Below, piece after piece: positions 46,739 through 56,647 of a DNA stretch of 64,000 nt. The notes under the pieces are model-generated. The model was not told the origin of the DNA, ran no database searches, and worked only from the letters and a program-made list of their open reading frames with translations. The DNA is taken from assembly GCA_963665125.2 (NCBI GenBank), contig CAXXUK010000001.1:480001-544000 (forward strand). Reading direction: 5' to 3'. Source of the stretch: an uncultured Desulfarculus sp. Lineage in GTDB: Bacteria; Desulfobacterota; Desulfarculia; Desulfarculales; Desulfarculaceae. Every line of letters begins with the position of its first letter. Position 1 is the first letter of the stretch. Made by a program: the position numbers and the translations under genes.

Positions 46739-47344
46739 ATGGAAAAAAAGGAAACAGCCTTGAAGCGAATCCGCGACGCCTGGCTCGACTGGCGCTGGGG
46801 CGGCAGGCTGCTGGGCCAGGACTCGCCCACCCGGTTTGCCAACAAGGGCGCGTACAACACCGAGGATACATCTTACGATGTGCTGAAATGTCTGTTCAAG
46901 ATGGTGGCCCCCCGGCCGGATGACGTGATTGTCGATGTGGGCTGCGGCCGGGGCAGGGTAATCAACTATCTGCTCAGCCGGGGCCTGAAAAACGAAATAT
47001 ACGGCTTGGAGCTGGATCCGGACGTGGCCTCGGATACGGCCGAAAGGTTGGCGCGGTACGGCAATGTCAGCATCGTCGGCGGCGACGCCATCGAGAATCT
47101 GCCCCAGCGGGGCACGCTCTTTTATTTATATAATCCCTTTGCCGAATTCGTGGTGCGGCGCCTGAACGCAAAGTTGCTGCGCCTGCCCACGGCGGACAGG
47201 GTCCGGGTTATTTATTACAACTGCCTGCATGTTGATCCGTTTTTGGGCGATCCGGCATGGCAGGTGAAAATGCATCATGTTCCGGGTCGCCGCCAAGCGG
47301 CGCTTATCAGCCCGGCAGCGTACGAACAATTCAACAGGGGATAA
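46739..47344 (+). CDS. Class I SAM-dependent methyltransferase
   Basis: VDVGCGRGR, GLELD and YLYNPF motifs. Confidence 0.88.
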   Translation: MEKKETALKRIRDAWLDWRWGGRLLGQDSPTRFANKGAYNTEDTSYDVLKCLFKMVAPRPDDVIVDVGCGRGRVINYLLSRGLKNEIYGLELDPDVASDTAERLARYGNVSIVGGDAIENLPQRGTLFYLYNPFAEFVVRRLNAKLLRLPTADRVRVIYYNCLHVDPFLGDPAWQVKMHHVPGRRQAALISPAAYEQFNRG

Positions 47345-47350
47345 TTTCGA

Positions 47351-47851
47351 ATGCTTGAAGGAACCTTGACGACGCTAAGGCCGGTCGATGACGGCGATGG
47401 CCCCGATGTTCTGGCCATTATGAACCATTACATCATTAATTCCTTTGCGGCTTATCCAGAAAAAGAACATCCATTGGAAATGTTTGGCATGTTGAAACAG
47501 ATGGTGCTGCCCGGCAGCTTCTGGGTTGTCGAGGCCGACGGAGGTTTAGCCGGATTTGCCTTTTTGTCGTCTTTCTTGCGCGCTCCCACTTTGGTTCGTA
47601 CGGCCCAGGTCACCTATTTCATCGCGCCGGAACACACCGGCAAAGGCCTGGGCGTGCTTTTGTTGGATAAGCTGACCGAAGTCTCCCGGCACATGGGCGT
47701 GGACAACCTTTTGGCCCACATATCCTCACTCAATGACGGAAGCATCCGCTTTCATCAGAGAAACGGTTTTGAAACCTGCGGCGAATTTAAAAACGTGGGC
47801 CGGAAAAACGGCAAGGACTTCAGCGTGGTTTACATGCAGAAGTTCATCTAG
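47351..47851 (+). CDS. GNAT N-acetyltransferase (Pat/MnaT-like)
   Basis: HTGKGLG, NDGSIRFHQRNGF and VGRKNG motifs. Confidence 0.9.
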   Translation: MLEGTLTTLRPVDDGDGPDVLAIMNHYIINSFAAYPEKEHPLEMFGMLKQMVLPGSFWVVEADGGLAGFAFLSSFLRAPTLVRTAQVTYFIAPEHTGKGLGVLLLDKLTEVSRHMGVDNLLAHISSLNDGSIRFHQRNGFETCGEFKNVGRKNGKDFSVVYMQKFI

Positions 47852-47926
47852 CGGGTTTTCCGCAAGCCCGCCGGAGTTGCCGGCGCACCGGGCTTGTGGG
47901 ACAGGCCCGGCGCTAATTAGCTTTGC

Positions 47927-48322
47927 CTAGTCGGTCAAGCCCACGGCCAGGGGAATGACGTGCAGGTTGCGGCTGAGTTCCTGTGTGCGGCCCAGACGCC
48001 ATTGGTTGGCGGTGGCGTGCTCGGCCAACAACTCATCGATTTTTTTGACAATGCCCTGGATATTGATTACCGGATGCCGGGAAAAAACATCGGGTAGTCC
48101 ATAGGTCAGATTGCAGGCCAGGCATTTGCCCGGCCGCTCGTGCAGACGGAATTCAAAAAACAGGTTGCCGTCGCGGAATCCGGCGTAATTCAGGGTCACG
48201 TCCCAGGCGCCTTCCGATGCATCGCCGTAGAGGGCGTCGAAAAAACGGTCGGCAACGCCCAAAGGCAGCAGGTCATTCAATACTTCCTGGGTGAATATTT
48301 CGTCAAACTTGATCTCGGGCAT
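47927..48322 (-). CDS. Conserved hypothetical protein with CxxC motif
   Basis: FFDALYGDASEGA and RPGKCLACNLTYGLP motifs; RBS AGGAG. Confidence 0.8.
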   Translation of the reverse strand: MPEIKFDEIFTQEVLNDLLPLGVADRFFDALYGDASEGAWDVTLNYAGFRDGNLFFEFRLHERPGKCLACNLTYGLPDVFSRHPVINIQGIVKKIDELLAEHATANQWRLGRTQELSRNLHVIPLAVGLTD

Positions 48323-48451
48323 TTACGCCACTCCTGGTGCTTTGTTTGTCGAAAATTGGCAAGCTCCACCGTCGGTATAATGCCAAATTAAAAAAATACC
48401 ATAACAAAAAGATCATCACAGTCAAGTGATTGTGATCGGGGTTTTGCCCCC

Positions 48452-49876
48452 TCAGACGCCCATGACCTTGATCATATTGGTAGTCCCCGGCCTCTGCAAA
48501 GGAACCCCGGCGGTGATGATCAGTCGCTCGCCCTGCTGGGCCAACCCTTGCTCCAGGCACCATTCACAGGCCGCCTCGAACATCTGGTCCATGGTGTCGA
48601 AGGTGTCCTTCAGGGCCGGAATGACCCCCCAGCTCATGGTCAGCTGGTTGTAGACCAACCTTGAGGGGGTCAGGCCCACGATGGGCTTGTCCGGGCGATA
48701 ACGCGATATCAACCGGGCCGTGCTGCCGCCGGCGGTGGAGGCGACGATGGCCGCCGGGTCCAGATCGCGGGACAGATAGACCACAGCCCGGCTGAGGGCC
48801 GCCTCGGTGGGCGGCAGCAGTTCGGACAGTTCCTGGCGCAGGTAGGCGCTGGAATTGTTTTCCTGCTCGGCCCTGCGGCAGATGCGGTCCATGACCCGGA
48901 CCGACTCCAGGGGGTAGGTTCCGGCCGCTGTTTCGTCCGAGAGCATCACCGCGTCGGTGCCGTCAAAAACCGCATTGGCCACGTCGGTGGCCTCGGCCCT
49001 GGTGGGTCTTGGGCTGTCGCACATGGAACGCAGCATCTGGGTGGCGGTGATGACGATTTTGCCGCCCCGGCGGGCCATGTCGATGATCTTCTTTTGGGCG
49101 ATGGGAACGTCTTCGAAGGGCATCTCCACGCCGAGGTCGCCCCTGGCCACCATCAGACCGTCTACACTGGCCAATATCTGCGGCAGGCGCTCCAGGGCCT
49201 GGGGCTTTTCGATTTTGGCTATGAGCAGCGGTTTGTGTTTGGAGGCCTCTATCATTTCCCGCACCGGAGCCAGATCACGTTCGTGGCGCACAAACGAGAC
49301 AGCCACGAAATCCACGCCTTCGGCCAGGCCCATCTCCAGGTGAGTCGCGTCTTTTTCGGTAAACGACGGGATGCGCAGCACGCTGGTGGGCAGGTTGACG
49401 CCCTTGCGCGAGGAGACCTTGCCGCCGCTGACCACCGTGCACTTGAGTCCTTTTTTATCCTTGCCGGTAACCATCAACTCCACCAGGCCATCGGCCAACA
49501 GAATTCGGCCGCCCACTTCCACATCTTCAATAAGGTGAGGGTAATTCACCGGCAGGGCATCGGAATCGTCGGCCTCCTCCGCCTTCAGGGTGATGGTTTG
49601 GCCGGTCTTGAGCCGCCGCTCCGAGGGCATGTCCCCCAGGCGGATTTTAGGGCCGGGTAGGTCCATGAGCACGCCCACGGGCCGGCCGGACTCCTCGGCG
49701 CACTTGCGCACCTGCTTGATCACCGCCCGGTGGCTGTCATGGTCGCCGTGGGAGAAATTCAACCGGACCACGTCCAAACCGATGTCCACCAGGCTGGCGA
49801 TCATTTTCGGTTCCGAGGTCGCCGGGCCGATGGTGGCGACGATCTTGGTCTTTCGTCTGATTAGCTCTTGTTCCAT
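48452..49876 (-). CDS. pyk: Pyruvate kinase
   Basis: KTKIVATIGP, RLNFSHG, AKIEK, MVARGDLG, ATQML and DAVMLS motifs. Confidence 0.97.
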   Translation of the reverse strand: MEQELIRRKTKIVATIGPATSEPKMIASLVDIGLDVVRLNFSHGDHDSHRAVIKQVRKCAEESGRPVGVLMDLPGPKIRLGDMPSERRLKTGQTITLKAEEADDSDALPVNYPHLIEDVEVGGRILLADGLVELMVTGKDKKGLKCTVVSGGKVSSRKGVNLPTSVLRIPSFTEKDATHLEMGLAEGVDFVAVSFVRHERDLAPVREMIEASKHKPLLIAKIEKPQALERLPQILASVDGLMVARGDLGVEMPFEDVPIAQKKIIDMARRGGKIVITATQMLRSMCDSPRPTRAEATDVANAVFDGTDAVMLSDETAAGTYPLESVRVMDRICRRAEQENNSSAYLRQELSELLPPTEAALSRAVVYLSRDLDPAAIVASTAGGSTARLISRYRPDKPIVGLTPSRLVYNQLTMSWGVIPALKDTFDTMDQMFEAACEWCLEQGLAQQGERLIITAGVPLQRPGTTNMIKVMGV

Positions 49877-50016
49877 GGCGGCGTCCTTTCCCGTGGTTTT
49901 ACGGCCCTTGCTGCTTATGGCTGGCCTGCATCATAAATATCATCATACAATAATAATCGTGGCAAAGATCAAATGCTTGCCAACAGTCACTCAATGGTCG
50001 CAGATGAGGGGAAAAG

Positions 50017-50514
50017 ATGAACGGCAAGACCGTCAATGAAACGCAATTAACGCTGGCCCAGCAGATGCTGCCCTCGGACGCCAACCCGGCGGGCAACGTC
50101 CACGGCGGCGTGATCATGAAATTGATCGACACGGCCGCGGGTATCGTGTGCGTCCGTCATTCCGGTTCCAACGTGGTCACGGCCTCCATTGACCGCTTGG
50201 ATTTCATGCGCCCGGCCTATTTGGGTGAAATCCTGATAATCAAGGCCGCGCTGAATATGGTCGGCAAGACTTCCATGGAGGCGGGCTGCCGAGTGGAGGC
50301 CGAGAATCCGCACACCGGCGAGGTGCGACACGCCGCTTCGGCCTATTTGACCTTTGTGGCCCTGGATGATGACAAAAGGCCCCGGGCAGTGCCGCCGCTG
50401 ATTCTGGAAGGCCCGGAACAGCAGAGGCGCAACCGCCAGGCCATGGACAGGCGTCAGGTGCGGCTGGCCGAACGCCAGCGCGAGGCCCAGCTTGACAGGG
50501 AAATGAGAGGGTGA
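50017..50514 (+). CDS. Acyl-CoA thioesterase (YciA-like hotdog fold)
   Basis: DANPAGNVHGG, VTASID, GKTSME and TFVALD motifs. Confidence 0.92.
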   Translation: MNGKTVNETQLTLAQQMLPSDANPAGNVHGGVIMKLIDTAAGIVCVRHSGSNVVTASIDRLDFMRPAYLGEILIIKAALNMVGKTSMEAGCRVEAENPHTGEVRHAASAYLTFVALDDDKRPRAVPPLILEGPEQQRRNRQAMDRRQVRLAERQREAQLDREMRG

Positions 50515-50529
50515 AAGGTTATTAGGCCG

Positions 50530-51585
50530 CTATGGCGTTACCGGAGCCTGGCGTTTGCGTATGCCGACGGTGCGTAGCATCTCCTGGGCTTCGGTAAAGT
50601 CCGGATTGATTTTTATGGCCTTTTTAAGGATGGTCTCGGCCTTGTCGTATTCCCCGGTTTCATAATAAATTCGGGCCAGGTTGTAGTGGATGTACTCGGC
50701 TTCCGGGTTGACCTTCATGGCCTTCTGATATTGTTTGATAGCCATTTCATAGCGGCCCTGGCGGCGGTAGATGATGCCCAGGGAGTTGTAGACGTTGATG
50801 GTGTTGGGGTTTATTTCCAAAACCTGGTTCAGCAGGGCCTCGGCATTGGAGTCCATGCGCCGCTCCATGTAGATCTCGGCGGCCAACTCGAAATGCTTTT
50901 GGGCCAGCTTGGGGCGCTGTAGTTTGCGGTAGCACTCGCCCATCTTTTCATAGGCCTGGGCAAAGGTGTTGTTGATCTGGGTGGCCTTGCGGAAATAATG
51001 GATGGCCTCTTCGTAGGCGCCGCGGGCCGTGCTGATATAGCCCATGTTGTAGTAGATTTCCGCGCTTTCGTAGATGGTGAGGATCCGGCCGAAGGCGTCC
51101 AGGGCGTTTTCCCACTGGCCGTTTTCCATGAGTTGCAAGCCCTTGGCGTACAGCCTCTGGACTTCGGCGGCCTGGGGATCGCGGCCCAGTTCCAACAGGG
51201 TCTGGATCTTGTTGACCAGGGTCGAATTGGGGACAGGGGCCAAGAGAATGTCGCTGACGCCGGCTTCGCCGGCCTCGATGACTTGAGCCTTGGTCAGGCT
51301 GTCGGCAATGAGAATGATGTGGACATGAGCCAGTTCGGGGTCGGACCGCACGACCTTCAGCAGGGCCATGCCGTTCATTTCGGTCATGTTCCAGGAGGCT
51401 ATTACAACATCCGCGCCGCGGTTTTTGAGGCAACTCCAGGCCGCGCTGCCATTGTTGAGTTGCGTTATCTCCTCAAACCCCATTCCCTTGAGGACCAATG
51501 CCGTGGATTCCCTGGCAGCGGGGTCGTCTCCTGCCACTATGAATTTGAATTTTCGGAAATCCACCGGCCTGCTCCAAATTCGCAT
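50530..51585 (-). CDS. Receiver-like domain plus TPR repeats
   Basis: N-terminal CheY-like fold followed by several TPRs (YYNMG, YEKMG, YNSLG, HYNLA). The start may be the GTG at 51564. Confidence 0.85.
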   Translation of the reverse strand: MRIWSRPVDFRKFKFIVAGDDPAARESTALVLKGMGFEEITQLNNGSAAWSCLKNRGADVVIASWNMTEMNGMALLKVVRSDPELAHVHIILIADSLTKAQVIEAGEAGVSDILLAPVPNSTLVNKIQTLLELGRDPQAAEVQRLYAKGLQLMENGQWENALDAFGRILTIYESAEIYYNMGYISTARGAYEEAIHYFRKATQINNTFAQAYEKMGECYRKLQRPKLAQKHFELAAEIYMERRMDSNAEALLNQVLEINPNTINVYNSLGIIYRRQGRYEMAIKQYQKAMKVNPEAEYIHYNLARIYYETGEYDKAETILKKAIKINPDFTEAQEMLRTVGIRKRQAPVTP

Positions 51586-51795
51586 TGCTGAAATCTCTGT
51601 GACTAATGTTAAGGTAACAAAGCTTAATTGTCAGAATCTATGACAAATATGCCTATTGTTTGGCAACAGCGCCGATTGTGCGTTCCATTGTGCCTGTGAA
51701 GTCGATCAAAGCCACACTAAAAAATATTACTCTTTTGGCCTTTTATGTAAAGGTAGTGATATTTATTTAACTTATTTTTTGTTCAGGAGATTGCC

Positions 51796-52272
51796 ATGAA
51801 GCCCGATGAATTGAATTTGGCTTTTGCCGTTATCGGCAGAGCCCAGATGCGTAGCGACGCCTTTGCCCAAAAAGCAGCTCAGGGCCAGGACAAAAACCAG
51901 GCCAAGCTGCTGAGGGCCCTGAACTCATCACAAGTGGTTCAAAGCCGCAGGTTTCAGATGTTGATGCGGGGTAAAATCGGCAGTGACGAACAAAATATGG
52001 AGGAGGCCTTTGGCAGCGGACTTGACGAGCTTGAGTCGTATCTGGAAGACTTGCGGCAGTCGGCCGTGAGCGGCGGCAATGAACAACCAGCGCGAGTTTT
52101 GGAACAGACGCTTCAGGTAATGCGCGGCGCAAGGCAAATCCCGCCTGAAAATAGCCGGAATGTTGATAGAATATGGGTATGCGGCATCTGCGGCTATCTG
52201 GCCGCCGAACAGTTGCCCGAACGCTGCCCGGTGTGCGGCGCGGTCAACAGCAAATTTGCTGAGGTTGATTAA
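51796..52272 (+). CDS. Rubrerythrin-like protein with C-terminal rubredoxin domain
   Basis: C-terminal WVCGICGY...PERCPVCGA; helical N-terminal domain. Confidence 0.8.
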   Translation: MKPDELNLAFAVIGRAQMRSDAFAQKAAQGQDKNQAKLLRALNSSQVVQSRRFQMLMRGKIGSDEQNMEEAFGSGLDELESYLEDLRQSAVSGGNEQPARVLEQTLQVMRGARQIPPENSRNVDRIWVCGICGYLAAEQLPERCPVCGAVNSKFAEVD

Positions 52273-52311
52273 ACCCAAGGTGCGATAAATATGGACCGTA
52301 AAAGAAAACAC

Positions 52312-53991
52312 ATGAAGATTCGCACCCAGATGCTTATTTCATTTACGGCGGTGGTTGCCATAACGCTGTTCATGATGACCTTGTTCTCCAGCATCATGGT
52401 TGAGGAGGCGGTTAACGAGGTCACCTCCACCAACCTTGATTTGTCCCAATCGGTATTGACCAGCGCCGGCGAGGCCCTGGTCATTAAACAGGCCCGGGCC
52501 GCGGCCCACGAACTGGCCTATCTGATGCACGGCAAGGACATAAAGGACTATAAGGTCTTGCGCGCCGACAATGTCCTGCGCGCCGTCGCCACCCAGGACA
52601 TCCTCACCGATTACGGTAAATCCGGTTACATTGATGTATACGACGACAAGGGCGTGGCGGTTTTACATCCCAATGAAAAGGTGGAAGGACGTAATTTCAA
52701 GGAATGGGCCGATAAATACCCTGATATGTGGCAGCTGGTGGAGCGCTCGTTCAGCGTGCCGGAGTCTTCCGGTTATTACAGCTTTCTTGACACCCAGAAT
52801 CGGCCGCGCAAGAAATTCATGTCCATGATCCACATACCGGGGACGAATTTTATTGTAGTAGCCGCTGTTTACATTGACGCGTATTTTGCGCCGGTGCACA
52901 AGCTGATCCAGACCTCGGCGGAAAACACCAGTGCCAATGCCTTGAACAAGGTCTGGAACATCCTGCTGGTCGGTTTCGTATTGGCCATAATATTGGGTTT
53001 GTGCGGAGCCGCGTGGCTTTCGTTGCGCCTCACCAGGCCCATCAACGAATTGGTCCAGGGCGTTAGCGCGGTGGGACAGGGCGATTTCCAGGTCAAGGTC
53101 AGCGGCACGGGCAGCGCCGAGATCGGTGAACTGGCCGAGGCCTTCAACAATCTGGGCCATGAATTGACAGGCTATATGCGCAGGCTGGAGGCCGAGGCCG
53201 CGGCCCGCCAGGCAGTGGCCAGCGAAATGCAGATCGCCCGGCAAATCCAGGAATCGCTGTTGCCCAGCACCTTTCCGCCGTTTCCCGAAAAAAGACACAT
53301 GCAGCTTTACGCCGTCAACCAGCCGGCCAAGGAGGTGGCGGGCGACTTCTACGACTTCTTCTTGGTGGGAAACAGCCTGCTGGCCCTGGTTATGGGAGAC
53401 GTTTCCGGCAAGGGTGTGCCGGCGGCTCTGTTCATGACCATGACCCGCACCCTGCTGCGCAATATCTGCCCTGACGAGCCCGATCCGGCCAAGGCCCTGG
53501 CCAGGGCCAATGATCTGTTGTGCCAGGACAATGACGCCTCAATGTTTGTGACGCTGTTCCTGGCCTACTATAATATCGACACGGGCCAAATGCTCTTTGC
53601 CAACGCCGGACACAATGACCCGTATATCGTCTCGGCCACGGGTCAGGTCGCGCGTTTCGGGCGTATGGGCGATATCGCCCTTGGCGCCATGAGCGGTTTG
53701 TCCTATACATCTGATACAATTAGCCTGGGCGTGGACGATTGCCTGGTCTTGTACACCGACGGCATCACCGAAGCGCCGTCGCCCGAAAACGAAGAATACG
53801 GCGAGCCAAGATTTGAACGGTTTCTTGCCGATCGCGTGGGCCAACCTCTCAAGGATATCTGCAACGAGGTGGTTGAAGATGTTAACAAGTTTCAAAATGA
53901 CGAACGTTTTGACGATGTGACCATCATGCTTGTGCGACGCAGGGAAAACAACATTGAGGAAATAGACAAGTACGATGATGGTGGAAAGTAA
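52312..53991 (+). CDS. Membrane sensor PP2C/SpoIIE phosphatase with Cache and HAMP domains
   Basis: TM-Cache-TM-HAMP architecture; VAGDFYD, GDVSGKGVPAA, YTDGITE and DDVT motifs. Confidence 0.92.
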   Translation: MKIRTQMLISFTAVVAITLFMMTLFSSIMVEEAVNEVTSTNLDLSQSVLTSAGEALVIKQARAAAHELAYLMHGKDIKDYKVLRADNVLRAVATQDILTDYGKSGYIDVYDDKGVAVLHPNEKVEGRNFKEWADKYPDMWQLVERSFSVPESSGYYSFLDTQNRPRKKFMSMIHIPGTNFIVVAAVYIDAYFAPVHKLIQTSAENTSANALNKVWNILLVGFVLAIILGLCGAAWLSLRLTRPINELVQGVSAVGQGDFQVKVSGTGSAEIGELAEAFNNLGHELTGYMRRLEAEAAARQAVASEMQIARQIQESLLPSTFPPFPEKRHMQLYAVNQPAKEVAGDFYDFFLVGNSLLALVMGDVSGKGVPAALFMTMTRTLLRNICPDEPDPAKALARANDLLCQDNDASMFVTLFLAYYNIDTGQMLFANAGHNDPYIVSATGQVARFGRMGDIALGAMSGLSYTSDTISLGVDDCLVLYTDGITEAPSPENEEYGEPRFERFLADRVGQPLKDICNEVVEDVNKFQNDERFDDVTIMLVRRRENNIEEIDKYDDGGK

Positions 53992-54874
53992 GGGTAAGCT
54001 GGCCCAGGGGTTCTATGCCTTCGGGCCTTCAAGTGTCGCGACTTTCATGGTTGAAGCTCCCAAAGCCGCTTTGTTTGACGCGGGTTTTTCAGTATTGGGT
54101 CCGCTCTATCAAAGGCAGATTTCCGACCATATGAATGGGGAGCAGCCTGGTTTTTTGTTTGTCACCCATTCTCATTTTGATCACTGCGGGGCGGTCGGCT
54201 ATTTGAAAGACGCCTTTGCGGGATTAAAGATAGGCGCGGCCTCGCCCGCCGCCGAGATTTGGGCCAAGCCCAGCGCCCAGAAGTTGATTAGCGATCTGGA
54301 CAAGGTCGCGGCAGGACAGGTCGCGGCCATGCTGGACTATGATGCCTCTGGTTTGACCTGGCAGGCTTTTGAAGTTGATATGACCCTGGACGGAGACGGT
54401 GAAATCGATCTGGGGGGCGGCATCAGCGTAAAGGCCATCGCCACCCCAGGGCACACCAGGGATCATATGTGCTATTTCATACCCCAGCGGGGCATTCTCA
54501 TCGGAGCGGAAGCCGCCGGCATCGCGGCACCCAATGGTCATATCTTCGCCGAATTCCTGATTGATTTCGACACCTATATCAACTCGATCAAGAAACTGAT
54601 CGCCTTGGACGCCGAGGTGTTCTGTCAGGGACATAGCTATGCCTATATCGGCCGGCAGGCCGTCAAGAAGAGGTTGCAAGACGCCATTGATTCCGCGGAC
54701 GCTTTTCGTGACGAGGTGGCCCGGCTGCTCAAACAAGAGGGCGGCAACCAACAGAAAGTAGTCCAACTGATCAAGCAAAGCGAATACGACCCGATACCAG
54801 AGCCAAAGCAGAATGAAATGGCCTATCTGCTCAACACCCAGGCCAAGGTGCGGTGCGTCGCGGAGTTGCTGTAA
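53975..54874 (+). CDS. MBL-fold metallo-hydrolase
   Basis: THSHFDHCG, TPGHT and QGH motifs. Confidence 0.9.
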   Translation: MMVESKGKLAQGFYAFGPSSVATFMVEAPKAALFDAGFSVLGPLYQRQISDHMNGEQPGFLFVTHSHFDHCGAVGYLKDAFAGLKIGAASPAAEIWAKPSAQKLISDLDKVAAGQVAAMLDYDASGLTWQAFEVDMTLDGDGEIDLGGGISVKAIATPGHTRDHMCYFIPQRGILIGAEAAGIAAPNGHIFAEFLIDFDTYINSIKKLIALDAEVFCQGHSYAYIGRQAVKKRLQDAIDSADAFRDEVARLLKQEGGNQQKVVQLIKQSEYDPIPEPKQNEMAYLLNTQAKVRCVAELL

Positions 54875-55012
54875 ACGCCGCCGACTCGCAAAAGCCTCTG
54901 AAAAGTACGTTGAAAAAGCTTCCGGCGCTTATTTATAGTGGCAAAAGGGTGCTTGATTTAACCATGCCAAATTGTTGCCGCGGAAACGCCGCGCATAAGG
55001 TCGGGAGTTTCA

Positions 55013-55606
55013 ATGACCGTACTGAGTAGGCTGGGCATGCCGGCTTTCCGGGCCGGGGGAATGCCCAAGATCCCGGATTCGCAGTGGAGACTTGAGATCG
55101 GGGGACTGGTCCGCAATCCAGCGAGTTACACCCTCAAGGATATACGCTCCTGGCCCCAGGAAACCGCCAACGCTCGTTTGACATCGGTGAGCGGCTTTTC
55201 CGTGAGGGTCTTGTGGCAGGGCGTGGCCTGGCCGGTTTTTTTGGAGATAGCGAGCCCCCTACCCGAGGCCACCCACGCCACGTTCATCAGCTATGGCGGA
55301 GGATATGAGACCACGGTAAGCCTAGGCGACCTGGCCCGGCCCAGAACCATCCTGTGTCTTGACGTGGATGGCGAACCACTGGAAAAGCTCTATGGCGGGC
55401 CGTTGCGGATGATAGTGCCTTGCCTGTGGGGCTACAAGAGTGCAAAGTGGCTGGCCAAGATCGAGTTCGGCGACCACATGCGCGGCGGCTATTGGGAAGA
55501 CCGGGGCTATTCCAGGGAAGGCGTAATAGAGCCTGGCCGCACCCTAGACATCAACACCCGCCAGTCGCGGCCCATTAAGGGCGGCGGCGAAGTCACAGAG
55601 TTTTAA
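55013..55606 (+). CDS. Sulfite-oxidase-family molybdopterin-binding domain protein (YuiH-like)
   Basis: WRLEIGGLV, DGEPL...GGPLRMIVP, GYKSAKWL and GYWEDRGY motifs. Confidence 0.88.
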   Translation: MTVLSRLGMPAFRAGGMPKIPDSQWRLEIGGLVRNPASYTLKDIRSWPQETANARLTSVSGFSVRVLWQGVAWPVFLEIASPLPEATHATFISYGGGYETTVSLGDLARPRTILCLDVDGEPLEKLYGGPLRMIVPCLWGYKSAKWLAKIEFGDHMRGGYWEDRGYSREGVIEPGRTLDINTRQSRPIKGGGEVTEF

Positions 55607-55616
55607 GGGGGCGATC

Positions 55617-56009
55617 ATGAGAAAAAAGGCCTTATTGATAGACGCGTTGGTCAACGCCGTGCTCGGTGTTCTGTTGTTGTGGTTTCCATCGCCGCTGATC
55701 CGGTTGCTGGGCGCGCCGGTGACCCAGCCACCGTTTTACGCTTCGGTTTTTGGCGGGGTGCTGCTGGGAATCGCCTTGGCCCTGGTTTGGGAGGCCTACC
55801 GCAAGGCGGGCGGCGCCAAGACCGGCCTGGGACTTGTCGGCGCGGCAATGATCAATATTTGCGGTGGCTTGACTCTGGCCGGCTGGCTGGCCTGGGGGGA
55901 ACTGGGCTTGGCCATCCAGGGTGTGATAATTCTCTGGGCTCTGGTCATCGGCCTGATCGGCTTCGGCATCTTTGAGCTTGTACTCGAACTAATGGGAGGC
56001 GATAAGTAG
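55617..56009 (+). CDS. Hypothetical membrane protein (4 TM)
   Basis: Four hydrophobic segments; immediately downstream of the Mo-domain gene. Confidence 0.75.
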   Translation: MRKKALLIDALVNAVLGVLLLWFPSPLIRLLGAPVTQPPFYASVFGGVLLGIALALVWEAYRKAGGAKTGLGLVGAAMINICGGLTLAGWLAWGELGLAIQGVIILWALVIGLIGFGIFELVLELMGGDK

Positions 56010-56016
56010 CACACCC

Positions 56017-56598
56017 CTATTTGAACATGTCGTAGCGTTTTTTCTGCTTTTTCAGTGACTCTTTGTAAAGTTTTTCAGAGGCGCTCAGGGACGCGATCAT
56101 GCTTTTTATGCTGTGCTCGGTTGTTTTGTTGTGCACATAGGGCGTAAACATGAACAGCGGACCCTCGCGGAACAGCTTGGCCAATCTGAAACGGATAAAG
56201 CATTCCCTGCCTTCGCCTGTGGATAGGAAGTCCACCTCCATCTCGCCGATTTTGTCTATCTGCTTGACGATGTCCACCCTGTTGGAATGGGCGGCCGCGG
56301 CCCATTTGAGGCCCTTTTCCAGTGCGCCAATGAGCCGTTTTTTGTCGGCCTTGCTGAATTCTATCTTTTTGTTCATCAATTCGTCGTTCATGGCAATGCC
56401 CGAAATCAGGCAATGCCATGTCAGGCCGCCGTCGGCCTTGGCCAGCAGACTCCATTGATTGCAAAGGCGTTGGGTTATGTTGGGCCAATGGAAGCAGTCG
56501 ATGTCGCTGTAAATCGTAAATTCCAGCGGCAGGGCGGTCCTTACGGCGCTGAAGACGATCAGCAAAGATAAGAAGCTGACCAGGGCGGTTTTTTTCAT
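56017..56598 (-). CDS. Exported hypothetical protein
   Basis: Signal-peptide-like N-terminus; lower GC than its neighbours. Confidence 0.6.
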   Translation of the reverse strand: MKKTALVSFLSLLIVFSAVRTALPLEFTIYSDIDCFHWPNITQRLCNQWSLLAKADGGLTWHCLISGIAMNDELMNKKIEFSKADKKRLIGALEKGLKWAAAAHSNRVDIVKQIDKIGEMEVDFLSTGEGRECFIRFRLAKLFREGPLFMFTPYVHNKTTEHSIKSMIASLSASEKLYKESLKKQKKRYDMFK

Positions 56599-56647
56599 AA
56601 CTCATCCCCAGGCTAGTCGCCAATTGCCGCCGGACTGACACCGAACG

